Source of the DNA: Eledone cirrhosa
Taxonomy: Eukaryota
Direction: 5' to 3'
Length of the DNA stretch: 64,000 bases
NCBI GenBank assembly: GCA_964016885.1
Contig: OZ024741.1
Location: 363,010,001 to 363,074,000 of the forward strand
A program made the translations under genes and the position numbers. Each line of letters starts with the position of its first letter. Position 1 is the stretch's first letter. Below the pieces are notes generated by a model, which searched no databases, was not told the origin of the DNA, and saw only the letters and a program-made list of their open reading frames with translations. Shown in pieces: positions 1 through 13,598 of this stretch.

Positions 1-461
1 ATGAGGCCAGTCTGTTACAACATGGTATAATAAGGCCAGTCTGTTACAACATGGTTTAATGAGGCCAGTCTGTTACAACATGGTATAATGAGGCCAATCT
101 GTTACAACATGGTATAATGAGGTCAGTCTGTTACATCATGGTATAATGAGGTCAGTCTGTTACAACATGGTATAATGAGGTCAGTCTGTTACAACATGGT
201 ATAATGAGGCCAGTCTGTTACAACATGGTATAATGATTACAGTCTGTTACATGGTATAATGCGGCCAGTCTGTTACAACATGGTATAATTAGATCAGTCT
301 GTTACAACATGGTATAATAAGGTCAGTCTGTTACAATATGGTATAATGAGATCAGTCTGTTACAACATGGTATAATTAGGTCAGTCTGTTACAACATGGT
401 ATAATAAGGCCAGTCTGTTACAACATAGTATAATTAGGTCAGTCTATTACAACATAGTATA
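1..461. repeat. 29-bp tandem minisatellite (ATGAGGCCAGTCTGTTACAACATGGTATA), ~16 copies, runs off the window start
   Basis: Units start at 1, 30, 59, 88... with scattered substitutions and no unique spacers; lies downstream of the last CEP128-like exon seen, so intronic. Confidence 0.95.
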
Positions 462-923
462 AGATATGACACCGGTTTATCATAACTTGATCTAAGATAC
501 AATGAGACTAGCTTGTTACAATTTAGTCTAAGCCCTAATGAAAACTCCTGCTAAAGTCAACTTTGCTTTCCATTCTTTTGGGGTCAATAAAATAACTACT
601 AGTCAAATATTGAGGTTGATTTAATAAACTTTCCCCTCGCCTCCAAATTTCAGGCCTTGTGTCTATGTTAGAAACCCTTATTAAGCTAGTGTTTTGAACA
701 TAACCTAGAAAAGGTTCTTCTATAAAATTATGGTAGAAGGTTTTTAGTTAAATATAAACAATTTAAAATTAATAGTTTAGTATTGTACAACCAGTGGCTG
801 TACCTTTGGTATTAAAAGGTGTCAAATATTTGAATATCATATGTCAATGATGCAATATCCTAAAATTAAAGTAAGAAGGTCTGAACTGTTATTTGCAGAA
901 ATTACAAAAACTTTTCTACTTAC

Positions 924-1072
924 CGATCTCTATGATCACGATCTTCAGTCAAAGAGTCTTCAAATTTCTTCTGATTATAAGAAAGATCTCTCACTGACTC
1001 ATGCAAAGAATGCACTTCTTTCTTTAAATCATCAGCAAAATGAACACCAGATTTCTTCTTCCGCTGTGGGTA
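924..1072 (-). CDS. CEP128: CEP128-like coding exon 5 (YPQRKKKSGVHFADDLKKEVHSLHESVRDLSYNQKKFEDSL...)
   Basis: tattatag| ... CG|gtaagt, 149 nt; resembles remembered CEP128 RSRTGVRF...LHGFHQSLRDLSSEQ; gene continues beyond the window. Confidence 0.8.
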
Positions 1073-1568
1073 CTATAATACAAGAGTATACAAAAACCAT
1101 CTAGCTTTAGTGAGTAGCTTCTAGTACTGGATTTACATCTGGTTAAGTAAGCGGCCTTTTGGGGCCTCATAGTTTTGAGGCTCCATCTTGTTTTAGATAT
1201 ATATTAAAATATAGCTATGCAACACAATATTTTTGTTAAAATTTAAAATATTGTAATTGTTATTAATACATTTCTTTTTCATTGACATTTCGTTGACATT
1301 GAGTGTCAACTTTGTTTTAGAGGTCAGCATAGATCAATGGCGGAATCTCAGTGTTGTTTTATGTGTTGCCCTATATTCATGTACAGTTAATTTTCATTAA
1401 ATTTCTTGCAAGCAAATGCTGAGAGCTCAAAATATTCTCTAGGCCAGGGCAGTTAGTTGTTTTAATCTGGCCTGAGCAACTAACCTTAATACAGGTTGGG
1501 ACCTACAAAACTATAACTAATCATAGCAAATAACATGTAAGAAGAAACTTAATATATTTAATACATAC

Positions 1569-1597
1569 ATAGCCATGTTGGTTTGGGTAGTCTTGGT
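1569..1597 (-). CDS. CEP128: CEP128-like coding micro-exon 4 (29 nt, DQDYPNQHGY)
   Basis: ttaactctttgcag| ... TAT|gtatgt; phase 1/0, which restores the frame between exons 3 and 5. Confidence 0.6.
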
Positions 1598-1779
1598 CTG
1601 CAAAGAGTTAAAACAAAGAAAGTTATTGATACTATTTATTAATTAAAAACATAGTTTGATGGGAAGTTGAAACAAAAAAAATATTCCAAGGATCAAGCAT
1701 ACTACAAATGAAATGTTTTGATTGTTTCCCAAAGACACTGTCAATTCCAACAAATGTTCCAGTTATTTAACAATAGAAC

Positions 1780-2037
1780 AGCCAGCTTGTGAAATTAATG
1801 TACAAGTGTCTGAACATTCTACAGACGTATGTACTCTTAATATTGATCTCAGAGAGATTCAGTGTGACAAGGCTAGCCTTCTGAATTAGAGGTACAACTC
1901 ATTTTTGCCAGCTGAGTGCACTGGAGCAATGTGAAATAAAGTGTCTTGCTCAAGGACACAATGCACCACTGGAAACTAAACTCACAACCATATGATTGTG
2001 AACCTTCCACCCTAGCCACTAAGCCATGTACCTTCAC
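1780..2037 (-). mobile_element. tRNA-derived CORE-type SINE, degenerate
   Basis: Minus strand carries GTGTCCTTGAGCAAGACACTTT (CORE-like) after a decayed tRNA-like head. Confidence 0.6.
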
Positions 2038-2401
2038 ATTTCCAAAGACTATCTCAGGTAAAATATAATGAAGATGATAATGTGTATCCCTGAGTGGAAT
2101 ATGAAAGAAGGTGGGGTTATAACTTGAAATAATACACACAAACACAAGCAGAGTGTAGCTGACGTTTCATCTATTTGTTAAAAGGCCCCATTTGATCATG
2201 GCTTGACATTGGTTTACACCTTTTTCACATCTATTAGTTATCTGGCAGTAAAACAGTGTGACCATATAAGTACAAAGGTCTCCAAAAGTCAAGAGTTATT
2301 CACTAATCAGACAGTGTAAAGTAGATAAGAAATAATTTGTCTTTGGATATGGCACTAGTCTATCACAGGTAACTTTCCAAACATGATACATTATGCAGTT
2401 A

Positions 2402-3302
2402 CCATATAAACACGTATATAAATCGAAGAATATGTGATAAAAGAATTGATGATAAAATGGTGGGGGTCAGCTTATATTTGGATTCAATATTTTGATGATT
2501 TTCACTAACTTTAAATTCTACGTAAATAAGGTGCTAAAATATCTGGAGTTATTATTTCACAATGAAACACTGTTTTTCTACATTTGCTATATTGTTAGTA
2601 ATTTTATTTATGCATTGTTTTCAGGTCATTCCCAACAAATTTTTATTATTTGAACTTTTTAATACATAAATATCACCTACACATATACACATGCACACAC
2701 ATACACATGCACCGACTATTTTTCTCTGTGACTTAATTATACTTTTTTTGTTTTATTTCACTCACTTCTATCTCTCCCTCTCTTCTCTCTTGCTCACCCT
2801 TCTACTCTAAATCCTTATACAATGTTCTCTTAGTTGATCTCTTTCAACTATTCCCAATTCATTTCGATATCTCCCTAGTGTTTTTTAATGATCTCCATAA
2901 CAGTTAAAGAAAATCTTTTTTTTTTAAATAATACCTTAAACTAAAAATATATCGCCATTTTTTAGATCATATTAATTTAGAATTTTATCATGATTTTTTT
3001 ATTTTCTAATTCATCATAAAGAAATAAAATTTTCTAAAAATATGGGAGGAGGTTATCTTATTTTCACTTGGGGATTTTGTACATAGTGGATTTATGAAAC
3101 AAAAGCAATACTCTAAATGATACTTTAAACATTTTAAATATCAAAATATTAAAACTTCGTAAATATTTTCTCCACTCATGAGAATTTCAAAACCGTGCTG
3201 TAATGTGTTGATTAGCTGCCTGAACTTATAAATGGCGTTTGGATTGTTGCCCATTTCTCTGATATAAAATAGAGGGGTTGGCTTATATTCAAGTATATAT
3301 GG
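2402..3302. mobile_element. Non-autonomous pogo/Tc1-type DNA transposon remnant
   Basis: Ends TA|CCATATAAAC ... GTATATATGG|TA (imperfect TIR, TA duplication); repeated subterminal GGG..GCTTATATT motif. Confidence 0.45.
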
Positions 3303-3439
3303 TAATTAAAATAAGGAGTTAAGTGTACCATTCAAATATATTTTTTTTAATTTAATTTCTCTACCCATAATTTTAAATTGAAAAAAACCAAAACCTAAGG
3401 AAAGAACAATTTTCAAAATTAAGAAATTCTGAAAGTTAC

Positions 3440-3515
3440 CCGTTCTATTTAGACTTGATTGTCTGTACTTTTCATCTTGTATTTCATCACGGGTTGTATC
3501 AAAATCTTTTCGTAA
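3440..3515 (-). CDS. CEP128: CEP128-like coding exon 3 (LRKDFDTTRDEIQDEKYRQSSLNRT)
   Basis: ttctcttttgttag| ... CGG|gtaact, 76 nt, phase 0/1, open frame. Confidence 0.75.
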
Positions 3516-3852
3516 CTAACAAAAGAGAATAAAAGCAACATATTATGACAACAAGTGTTTTAATGGCTAAAGCAAGGACTAGCTTCATGGGGGCTCCAGT
3601 ATAATTTTCATACTTACCATGAGTCCTTGGCATGGGCAACTGCTGGTCTTCAACAAAGCCCCTAGCCCATTCTTGTGCTTTGGAAGGGAACTTTCTAGGT
3701 GCAAATACCTAGTCAGTAATGGCTGAAGGGTGCTCTGTGTCATGTCATGATACATAGGGATACAATGTACCTATTCTACATACAGCATATTGTGACAGCT
3801 TCAAGATCAACAAATTACAGAAAAAATGTATTGACATTATTAGACTAATTAC

Positions 3853-3939
3853 TTTTTCAATGGAAGACCGTTGGTCGAGACCAATATCCTTGTATGTGTC
3901 CAACATGTGGTCAAGGGATTTTAGATTTCGGGTTGTGTC
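3853..3939 (-). CDS. CEP128: CEP128-like coding exon 2 (DTTRNLKSLDHMLDTYKDIGLDQRSSIEK)
   Basis: ctacag| ... AAA|gtaatt, 87 nt, phase 0/0; resembles remembered vertebrate CEP128 DTSRNLRQVDQMLGRYREYSNGQAGAIEH. Confidence 0.8.
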
Positions 3940-4859
3940 CTGTAGAATATATATAGAATATATAGAATATATATAGAATATATATATACACACACAAAAA
4001 AAATACCATGTTTAGAATAGATGAAGAAATAAAGGAAATTATTTAAAAAAATATATACGCAGATATATGCATAAAAATAGCACCCAACACACCCTGTAAA
4101 GTGTTAGGCAATCAAACAGAGAAAATATAGGGTAAAGGGGACACTTAAGTCTTGCTGAGTAAATGACAACCTCTCTAATGCTTGTGCTATGATAAAATGC
4201 ACTCAGTACACTCAGTAAAGTGATTGGCATTAGAAAGGACATGAAGCCATAGAAACCATGCTAAAACACATAAAGCAAAACATAATTATCCAAACCCATT
4301 CCACCTGAGACCGCGACAACCCATCTAACAATAAGAAGCATGGATAATGGCTGTAAAATGTGGTGGGGTGATAGTTCTCATCGTACATTAGTATAAAATC
4401 TCAGATATTTGTAAGAAGCAGAAATAGGAAGTTGCAATGTGATGATGTTCATGCCTTTGCCAAAGCATGATGACTAAGCAGTTAAGTGGCTGAACTATTA
4501 ACCACATTGTCAGGAGATTTGATCTTACTAACATCAATCATCAATAAGACTGAGGGAAAATACCTCATAAGAATGATTAGGATACTAAATAAACATTATT
4601 TAGTATCCTAATCATGTATAATATAGTAATTATACATGTATAATATAGTGAGCTGAAAATTTTTGATTAACCAAGATTAAACTTGCAATTAGCAGAAAAC
4701 CTCACTCTGAGAGGTTTAAAATCTAAAGAAAAAAGGAAGGGAAGTAACTCCAATAATATTAACCAAGAGAAACTTTTGAAAAATAAAAATGCAGATGGGA
4801 ATCGATCTGCTCTTTAAAGTCAAAGAAACTTTGTATTCAATGTAATTACATTCCTTATA

Positions 4860-5253
4860 TTTCTATATAGAAGACCAGACCCAGAAAAGCATATGTGAAG
4901 GTTGGAGATAAATGAAGCAAGCATGCTCCGATATATGTGCAAAGCTAACATGAGTGATCAACAAAGGATGGATGAGCTGAGAGAAAAGCAGAGTATAAGA
5001 GGAATCAGATGTAGTGTGCTAGTATGTTCATCTGATATATACAGATAATGATCATTAAGGGAAGAACTACCAAGTGGGAGGAACCTGCTGTGGAGGGAGA
5101 CCAAAGAATATCTAAGCAGAGGCTTTGAGAACTGATCTCAAATCACTGAAGCTGACAGAGGTGACAAAGGACTGCTGTGAGTGGAAGGATGCTGTGCTAG
5201 AAAAGATCTGCCCAACCCATGCAAGCTTAGAAAAGTGGACGTATGATGATGAT
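4860..5253 (+). mobile_element. Degenerate RTE LINE 3' fragment
   Basis: Encodes RLEINEASMLR... and RTDLKSLKLTEVTKDCCEWKDAVLEK, homologous to the C-terminus of 44429-47497; (GAT)n tail. Confidence 0.85.
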
Positions 5254-6081
5254 GAAAATATTTCATCACTCAGGAAGTCTAATGAGATTGAAACATGTCT
5301 GTTCTTTTCACCAGTTAACTTTAAAGACAACATTCACTCTTAAATGTATTGTCTTTAATTTCTGAAAAGCTAAGAAGGGGGTCTAGCTTCAACGATATAC
5401 TAATGTACACTTTCTGCATTAAACATGTGCAGACATATCTGTGGGATTCAGTTTGGGATTCAGGCCTGCTACATAGCACGTTTAGGCAAATATCTTTTAT
5501 TATAGCCTCAGTGAGTGAAATTTGGTAGACAGAAATTGTAGATCATAATGTGTGTGTGATATGTAGTAAATATCTGTAGGTATGAAAAAGGAAAACAGCT
5601 CAATCAAACATAAGAGCTGTAGATTGGGTCATGAATGTTATCCCTCTTACAATCTGGAGATATTGCCAATACTGGGCCTTGAAACCTTAGGTAGGGTTTT
5701 TGTTCCATATATGAACATAAATAAAAATTATATATATATCTATATATATAAAGTTGTAGTTCCTGTCTGTTTGTTTGTTTGTTCACAAACTCCTCCTATG
5801 GTTTTAGAGATAGTCCCCCATAACCATATATATTCTGAAACTACATTGCCCAGGGTACTTGGATAAGTATATTTCATTTTAATGAAAGGGTTCCCCGGGG
5901 GCACAAACCCCCGCTGAAAATGTTTTCCCTTCAATTTATATGAAATTTAAACCATAGGTAAATGACAAGATATGATGCCTATTCACAAAATTTCAATAAT
6001 ATTAAGACACCCTAATGGGGGTTAAACCCCCTATAGTGAAAATTTTGACCAATAAATGGAACAAGATGTGTTGTAACAAGA

Positions 6082-6414
6082 TTGCATGAGAACTTGATTG
6101 AAGCAACCATTATATGCGGGGCTTACAGAGGTCAAGCTCTTCTCATTCCAAGGATTCCACTTATACCAAGTGATAGCGAGTTGCCTTTTACATTTAAGAG
6201 GCTGCAGTTCCCAGTGAGGCCATGCTTTGCCATGAGCATCAATAAGAGTCAAGGTAAAACTTTCAAAACTATTGGTATAGATCTGACAAACCCATGTTTC
6301 AGTCATGGCATGTTTTATGTGGCTGTTTCAAGGACTGGAACTTCAAAAAATCTCTACATTTTAGCCAATCAAAGAAAAACAAGAAATGTTGTTTACCCTG
6401 AAGTTCTTCATTAG
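6082..6414 (+). pseudogene. PIF1-like Helitron helicase C-terminal fragment
   Basis: IPRIPL...FKRLQFPVRPCFAMSINKSQG...CFSHGMFYVAVSR, the RepHel helicase motifs V/VI. Confidence 0.9.
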
Positions 6415-6620
6415 GACAAAGTATGAAATATATTTACATGTATTTATTATATTAAAAAATAAATAATTAAACTTTGAATTTCTAATTTGAAAATAATGCT
6501 TTACACAAAAATGAAATGATCAAGTTTTGAATTGATATTTTGAAAAAAAATATTTACAAGAAACAAAATAAGAATAAGATTTAATAATGTAATTCAGATT
6601 TGATATATATTACAAAAAAT

Positions 6621-6808
6621 AATTGTTTCTACTTTAGGCACAAGGCCAGCAATTACCCAGTGCATTACTGGTACTTTATTTTATCGACCCCGTAAGGATG
6701 AAAGGCAAAGTCAACCTCGGCGGGATTTGAACTCAGATCGTAAAGGGACGTAACTATGCTGGAAAGCATGGCGTCCGACCCTCTACCGATACTGCCAATC
6801 CACCACCC
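6621..6808 (-). mobile_element. tRNA-derived SINE with Meta-type core, nested in the Helitron
   Basis: B-box GAGTTCAAATCCC followed by GCCTTTCATCCTTACGGGGTCGATAAAATAAAGTACCAG; many near-identical copies in the window. Confidence 0.85.
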
Positions 6809-8037
6809 TCAATTATTACAAAAAATAATGTTTTCCAAATTTTCATGCATTACATTTTACATTGAGTAATATTGAAATGCAGAGTTTTTCTCCATAAATT
6901 ATATCACTGATTTAAAATCAATCATCATTTTCTTACAAAATGTGTGAAGGCACGGGTAATTCGGCTAGTATATATATATATTAGCAATGAAAATGGGTGT
7001 TAAAGGATGATGATAAAATATGTCTGTGTTTAGGCTTCTGTCTATGTTTGTTTATGTTTGTCTATGTTTCTTTATGTCCTGTAACTTACTAGTTTGATAA
7101 AAAGAGATCAACAAAATAAGTACCAGAGTAGAAAAGTAGATATTGGGATCGACTAATTCCCTTTAAGACAGTGCCCCAGCATAGCTACAATCTAATGTTT
7201 TAAAAACCAGTAAAGGAGTAACCATTGCACTTATAAGACAGAAGGTAGCTATAAAAATGAGTGACACAAATGGAGTTGTGGTGGGTAGAAACTGAAACTA
7301 AGCTAAGTACACAGTATGTTGAGGTCTCACCACTGAATTATACCACCAAAAGTGGTGGGATTTTGGCACTGCAATAAGCATCCAGTATGCTTACATCTCA
7401 CTGTTGCTCTACACCAAAGGTTCTCAACGGGGTGGGTGGGCATATGTACCTCGGGGGGGGGGGGTATTTTAGCTTTGGGGGGCGCTAGGCGAGCGCTGGA
7501 AGGTTCTTTACTTTGGTAAATTTTATAAGCCATATTTGTACGTTTCTGAGACAGCCAGTGTGAATGCATTTGAATGAAGAAAACGAAGAAAATAAATAAA
7601 AGAAGCTTGTCAACGTATTCCTCAGGGAGATAAAAGAAAAACGAAAGAAATCAAAGAAAATGAAAATAAGGGCAACGTCAACTATGACAACAGTTACAAG
7701 AACAACTTCAACAGAAATGACAAGAAAAAGAAGCAATGGTGATGAAAGGTGTGGGTATATACTTATACATACATACGAACATACACACGCATGCACACGT
7801 ACGTACATACATACATACACACACAGGCCAGTGTTGCTGTTTGATGTGGTTGAAAAACTGTGGTAGTTAATCTCCCTAGGTAATAAAATCTGTAGACAAA
7901 ATTCTCTCCTTACCAAAAAAAAACAAATCATGTTACATATACACACACTTAAATATAAATGCATGCATATATACAAATATATAAATGTATAGTTATACAC
8001 ATACGTAAATGTATGTATGTATATATGTATGTATGTA

Positions 8038-8122
<85 letters not shown>

Positions 8123-8290
8123 TACACACACACGCACATATTTTTTTTTTCTTTCTTTTTTCACCCTACTACTTTTTCACCCTCTGGTAGTAGGGTCCAT
8201 ACTGTAGATAGAACTCAATGTAATCCAGTAAAATCCACAGAGAAGTTCTGTGTTTCGCTGAGTTAATTCTTTAGATGCAGTCAGATATTA

Positions 8291-8378
8291 GGTATTAAAT
8301 TAACAATGAAAATAAAAACAACAAAGTTATAAAGTAACTTGACTTTGTTGTTTTTATTTTCATTGTTAATTTAATACC
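8291..8378. repeat. Palindrome with 37-bp perfect arms beside (TA)n
   Basis: GGTATTAAATTAACAATGAAAATAAAAACAACAAAGT and its exact reverse complement. Confidence 0.9.
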
Positions 8379-8404
8379 ATATATATATATATATATATGG
8401 TATT

Positions 8405-8453
<49 letters not shown>

Positions 8454-8727
8454 AGTGTGACAAGAAGCTTTCTTCCCAACCACATATTTCCGGGTTCAGT
8501 CCCAGTGCCCGGACCGACCAAAGCCCTGTGAGTGGATTTGATAGACCGAAACTAAAAGAAGCACGTTGTATATATGTATATATGTCTGTGTGTGTCTTTG
8601 CATTTGCCCTCCCACCAATACTTGTTGGTTTGTTGATGTCCCCATAACTTACCAAGGTGATGCATGGGCGTAGTCCAGAGACAGAAAAAAAGTAAAGTGT
8701 ATATATATATATGTGTGTGTGTAGAAG

Positions 8728-9113
8728 AGGGGTCTCAAACTCAGGGACATAAAAGGGCCATTATGTCCTGGAGGAGAAGCACAGTAGGCCAAATGTGGTG
8801 GGTTATGATTTTCACCAGTTATAATCATTTCTACTATAGGCACAAGGCATGAAATTTGGGGTTTAGGGTCCTGTCGATTACATCGATCCCAGTTCACAAC
8901 TGGCATTTAATTTATCGACCCCAAAAGGATGAAAAGCAAAGTTAAGATCGGTGGAATTTGAATTCAGAACGTAAAAACAGAAGTACCGCTAAGCATTTCG
9001 CCAGATGTGCTAACAATTCTACCAGCTCACCGCTGATAGAATGGAATCTGAAATATTGGTTCAACCACTGGCCATAGAAAAGTAGTTCGCGGGCCGCATG
9101 TTTGAGCCCCCTG
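8728..9113. mobile_element. hAT-type MITE with a nested Meta-type SINE (~8830-9035, minus)
   Basis: Ends GAGGGGTCTCAAAC ... GTTTGAGCCCCCTG with GCGGGCCGC subterminal motif. Confidence 0.5.
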
Positions 9114-9694
9114 TTGGAGAGATAGATAGATAGACGTGTACCAAACACACACACACACACACAAGTTTGTGTGTGTGTGTGTGTATGTGTGTGCGTGCAC
9201 ATGGGTATGTGTGTGTGTGTGTATCTATCAATGTATATATATATATATAAAAGGGATACAGATATTGTTTGCTCACTGTCACCAAGGATCTCAATTCATT
9301 CGTTGCAACTAAGTTTGTGATCGAAGCACTTTATTTTGCAAGGTACTATTTTTCCCTTGAGTTTGTGATTCCAGAGAAAGGTAAGAAATTCTTCACATTT
9401 TGCATCTTTTGTATTTTGACTTTACAGTTTGAATTGTAGAATTGTCTATCCACTCAAAGTATAGAATTTAAAGAAAATCTTTTTTGACTGAGATCAAGTC
9501 TTTGAGAACATTCACGTCTATTTTTCAAAAATATATAATTTGAAATAGGGTAGGGGTGTTTCATGATTTCGAGGGGCAAAAGGGGGTGTTTGGTCGAAAT
9601 AGGTTGAGAACCTGTGCTCTACACCACCCAAGCTACTACACATTATACCATACTGTACAATATATGCACCCATATTGAAACAAATTATATTTAC

Positions 9695-9835
9695 CTTCAA
9701 ATTGTCTGCAAGTTCAGAGAGTCTGCCATTAAAATCTCCATTATTGCTGGAGGCAGCATGCTCATACATTCTTGTATCATAAAAATCATCACTCTCACTT
9801 GAAGAGAGAAATCTACTGCTTAGTTCTGCAGCCAT
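9695..9835 (-). CDS. CEP128: CEP128-like centrosomal protein, first coding exon (MAAELSSRFLSSSESDDFYD...LADNLK)
   Basis: Exon 9918-9695 with acceptor ttttctttcag and donor AAG|gtaaat; 141 coding nt, phase 0; SSSESD resembles the remembered CEP128 N-terminus (MAESSSESD). Confidence 0.75.
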
Positions 9836-10969
9836 ATCTGATCAAATCAACCAACTCTTCTACTACTTTTTCATGATAATTTCATTATTGAGTTATCTGA
9901 ACTTAATTAGCACAACTACTGAAAGAAAATAATCCCATTAGTTTGACAACAAAAAACATTTGTTAAGACATCGAATAAGAAAATTCATATTAAGTTTGTA
10001 AATATATAAGGTTGTTGTTCAGTAGCTCCAGTATGTTCTGCTTTAGCAGATATAGCTAAAGCAAAAATTCCTTAACAGGTCATTGTTCTTAATCTCCTCC
10101 AGCATGACCTTGGTTTAGAAGTTCACTTTACAATAATATGGTATTGAGATTGATCTCACAGTGTGGCATTTTTATACATTTTGTACATTTGCTATAGCCA
10201 CGAGCTCACCCAAGCACGAGAGTGAAATTGGGTAGATAGAAGCTGTTTAGAAGTTCATTAAATAGACTGTACCTGTAATTCAAATGGCCAGCCTTGTCAT
10301 ATACTGTGTTATGCTGAATCTACCTAAGAACTACGTTAAGAGGACACATGTTTATATTAATTTCATGGAGGCCATTGTGTCACATTGTGAGCCACTGGAG
10401 CACTCCTTATTGAAACCAGTGGAAGTTCATTCCATTTCATTCTTTAGTCTATTGTGGGTGATGATCTACAATCCACTATTCAATGTTTAGCTATATAAGG
10501 CCCAGTGTATTATGAAAGTTATGTTCCATCAATTTTTTCCCCATAGCATATTTTAATATGATGGAAACTTTAGTGGTGTCCATGATTGAGACAGATAAGA
10601 TGGATTTAGTCAATACTGAATAATTTTGATTCCTGGCAATTCAATTAAAACATTAAAATTCTTTGCTGTGTTTTCAATCTATAAGGTTGTTGTTTTTGTA
10701 TAGCCTTGGCTATACCAACATAAATCAGAATAAGATAATTTTTTACTCTATAGATTTTACTATATGGTGTTACAACTTCACACTTGTATAGATTTAGCTG
10801 GCCTCTCAGCTGTTTTAGTGATACAAACTTCAGTCCTATATTAAATTTCAAATCGTGTAGGTTATTTACTATACATGAGACAAGGTGTGTCCACACATAA
10901 ATTAATTTACTACAGCATCACAAAACATCAGATTCATACAAAAATGGAAACAAGATTTAGTGACATTTA

Positions 10970-11515
10970 CGGCCCTTTACGGTCTGAATTCAAATCCCGC
11001 CGAGGTTAACTTTGCCTTTCATCCATACGCTGTCGATAAAATAAAGTACTAGTAATGCACTGGTATAATTGCTGGCCTTATGCCAAAAGTAAAAACAATT
11101 ATTGAACATTGAAGATTCGAAGTCAAGTCACACACTCAGTTGGCCAGGATCTGATGCCTTTACGTTGATACCAACTTCTCTAAGTCTAAATCGATAGCGT
11201 CACTACATCTCATTTTCTCTCCACAATATAACAAATCGTTATTACGATCTGAGTTCAAATCCCGCCGAGGTTGACTTTGCCTTTCATCCTTACGGGTCGA
11301 TAAAATAAAGTACCAGTAATGCACTAGGTAATTGCTGGCTTTGTGCCTAAAGTAGAAACAGTTATTATTGAAATGCTACTCCAACTTATGGCCGAGTAGT
11401 TACAACGTCGAACCGAATGCATTGTAACATTTTTGTTTCTGTCTTGACCTTATGAGTTCAAATCCCGTCGAGGTCAACTTTACCCTTCATCCTTCCGAGG
11501 TCAATAAATAAAGCA
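10970..11515 (+). mobile_element. Cluster of three partial Meta-type SINE copies
   Basis: Repeated TTCAAATCCCG(C/T)CGAGGT..ACTTT..CCTT.CATCC motif at ~10985, ~11250 and ~11455. Confidence 0.8.
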
Positions 11516-13598
11516 GCAATTCAGAACACAAAAAATATCGCTTGTGTGCAGATTCAGAGAGGGATTGGCTCCGCCTGGTTTAAAATGCGCAATACGACTC
11601 CATCAAGAATTCTTTGGCCATGGACACTGAACACAGTTCGTCGTTTCTAAGTTACCAAAAACGTTTGCCGGTTATATAACACTGTATTATACAAAATTAG
11701 GTTACAAACTCCAATGAAGGATTCTGCTCGAACCGTTAGATTTCCGTTTTTCCTCACGACATGAAACATTTATTCCACTGTTTTAACTTGTAAAAATAAA
11801 CTCCCTTGCTGCTAATATAATCTACTTGTTACCGTCGTTTGGACACAATTCAGCCCTGATCCAGTAGTCCCATTATCAACTATGACGATTCCGTATATAA
11901 TTCTAGCATTATGTAATTTAGGATTACATTTTTAATAGGCCAGGGGAGGGGACTTAGCTGCCATTTCTCGCAAGCCAAGCAACTATATCGAGGTAGAGAC
12001 ATTTTCATAACCGTGTCTGAATATACAGTAGGTATGTATGGTCATCATAGATTGTATCATGAGACTGTGATTGAAGAAATTATAGTCGAAGAGTAAAAAG
12101 TGATGCGCGTGTGTGTAGGTATGTGTGTGTTTGAATGGGATCATTGTTGCTATAGACAACTAACTTACCCGAACGATTACATCAAGCAATTATCGACTAG
12201 ATAATATAGAAATGTTGATAACAAAAGCATAATTATTACGACAAACAACACGCGTGGATAATATTGGAGAATGTACCTGGATACTCCCGTTGTGCTCCTT
12301 GTTAAAAGTCGATGGCAGTCAGTCACATCAGAATAGTGTGTCTAATAAACAATACGAGAGAAGAGCTGGTTGGCTTCCGAAAGAGAGTTGATTGAATGGT
12401 CAGCCTAAACACAACTAGACGTGTCGAAACATGTCTTGCTGCTCGTTCAGACTAGTATACTTAAAAAAATCAGAGTTGACAACTTACGTTACTAACTATA
12501 TCATTTGCCACCACTACTAGCTTGATTGAAGTTATAATACAGGATCTCTTAAACCAAAAAATGAAGAAAAAAAATCTTTTTCGACAAAAAATATTTATAA
12601 AAAGGTAAACTAAGGTATAATTATAACAAGATTGGGTAATTAAATGATAATCAATAAGATATTCAAAAGTCGAGATATACAGGAAATATAATTCAATAAT
12701 GTATTGTATATAAAAATCGCAAACAACTCTTCTATTGTTCCACGTATTTGACGATATCTCTTATCTCATTCAACAGTGATTTAATGTTCGGTACGCGCGT
12801 CATTGTTCGATATGCAATTTTCAGATCCTGGTTTCGATTCCACTGCTCGGTAAATTGCATGTGTCTCCTATCATCGCGATGCCGGGTCAACTAGAGTCTT
12901 TAAATGAAATTGAGTAGACAGAAACTGTATGGAACCACGTCGGATGGATTTTACTTGTAATTCAAAATACCAGCTTTCTTGTGTTTATTCTGAATACGTT
13001 AAGGGTATATTGACTTTGAAATACTCAGAACCCTTACACTATAATTCAATGTGTAGTTAATTTCGTTGGCCAAACAACTGGATACTCATCATTGAAACTG
13101 GCGAAGAATTTATTTATTTTTTAACAATATAAACAATATAAAAAATACAATATCATCACACACTATATATTACTACTTCCATATTATTTTTTCCACATTA
13201 ACTTGAGCCGCATTTAGTCTTTCTCGATTTCCTTAAATAATATTTATAGTGATCATCTATTGTTGCAGTCATTATCATTGGGACGACTACTTTTCGGATT
13301 TTCATAATGTTTCTTTAGTCAACTGGGTGGATATATATATATATAAATGAAAGGTATAGAAAATATTGTAGCAAAAAACCAACAGTATTCCATAATATAT
13401 AAGTGACTATAGCGTCAAAATGGGAAAAATAGTTAACGTAAGATGTGGGAAAAATAATTCAAACTCAACTCAAAAAGAATTAGGATATAGATTCATCCAA
13501 CAGAATTTAGTGAAATCCAGGGAAAAATCAATAGAGCCTTAACTCATGATAAAATAAAGTTTAAAATACTCATCCTTCAATTTGGGACAACTACAAAT

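Larger units (their letters stand above)
5739..6968 (+). mobile_element. Non-autonomous Helitron
   Basis: 5' TC, 3' subterminal GTG-AAGG-CACGGG hairpin then CTAG, inserted between A and T within (TA)n; carries a helicase remnant. Confidence 0.85.

Noticed and set aside
1-461. CRISPR-like array of 29-bp repeats
   Set aside because: Head-to-tail units with no spacers, no cas genes, eukaryotic intron
841-1104. Plus-strand 87-aa ORF
   Set aside because: Antisense shadow of the CEP128-like exon
7485-8207. Long YI/ER/CV-repeat ORFs here and elsewhere
   Set aside because: Stop-free translations of (TA)n, (GA)n and (CA)n microsatellites
8230-8290. Minus-strand hammerhead-like GAAA-CACAGA...UCUGUG hairpin
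   Set aside because: Core reads CUGACUG and lacks UH
9770-9810. WDR44/FFAT-like N-terminus (SESDDFYD)
   Set aside because: Downstream exons match CEP128 much better
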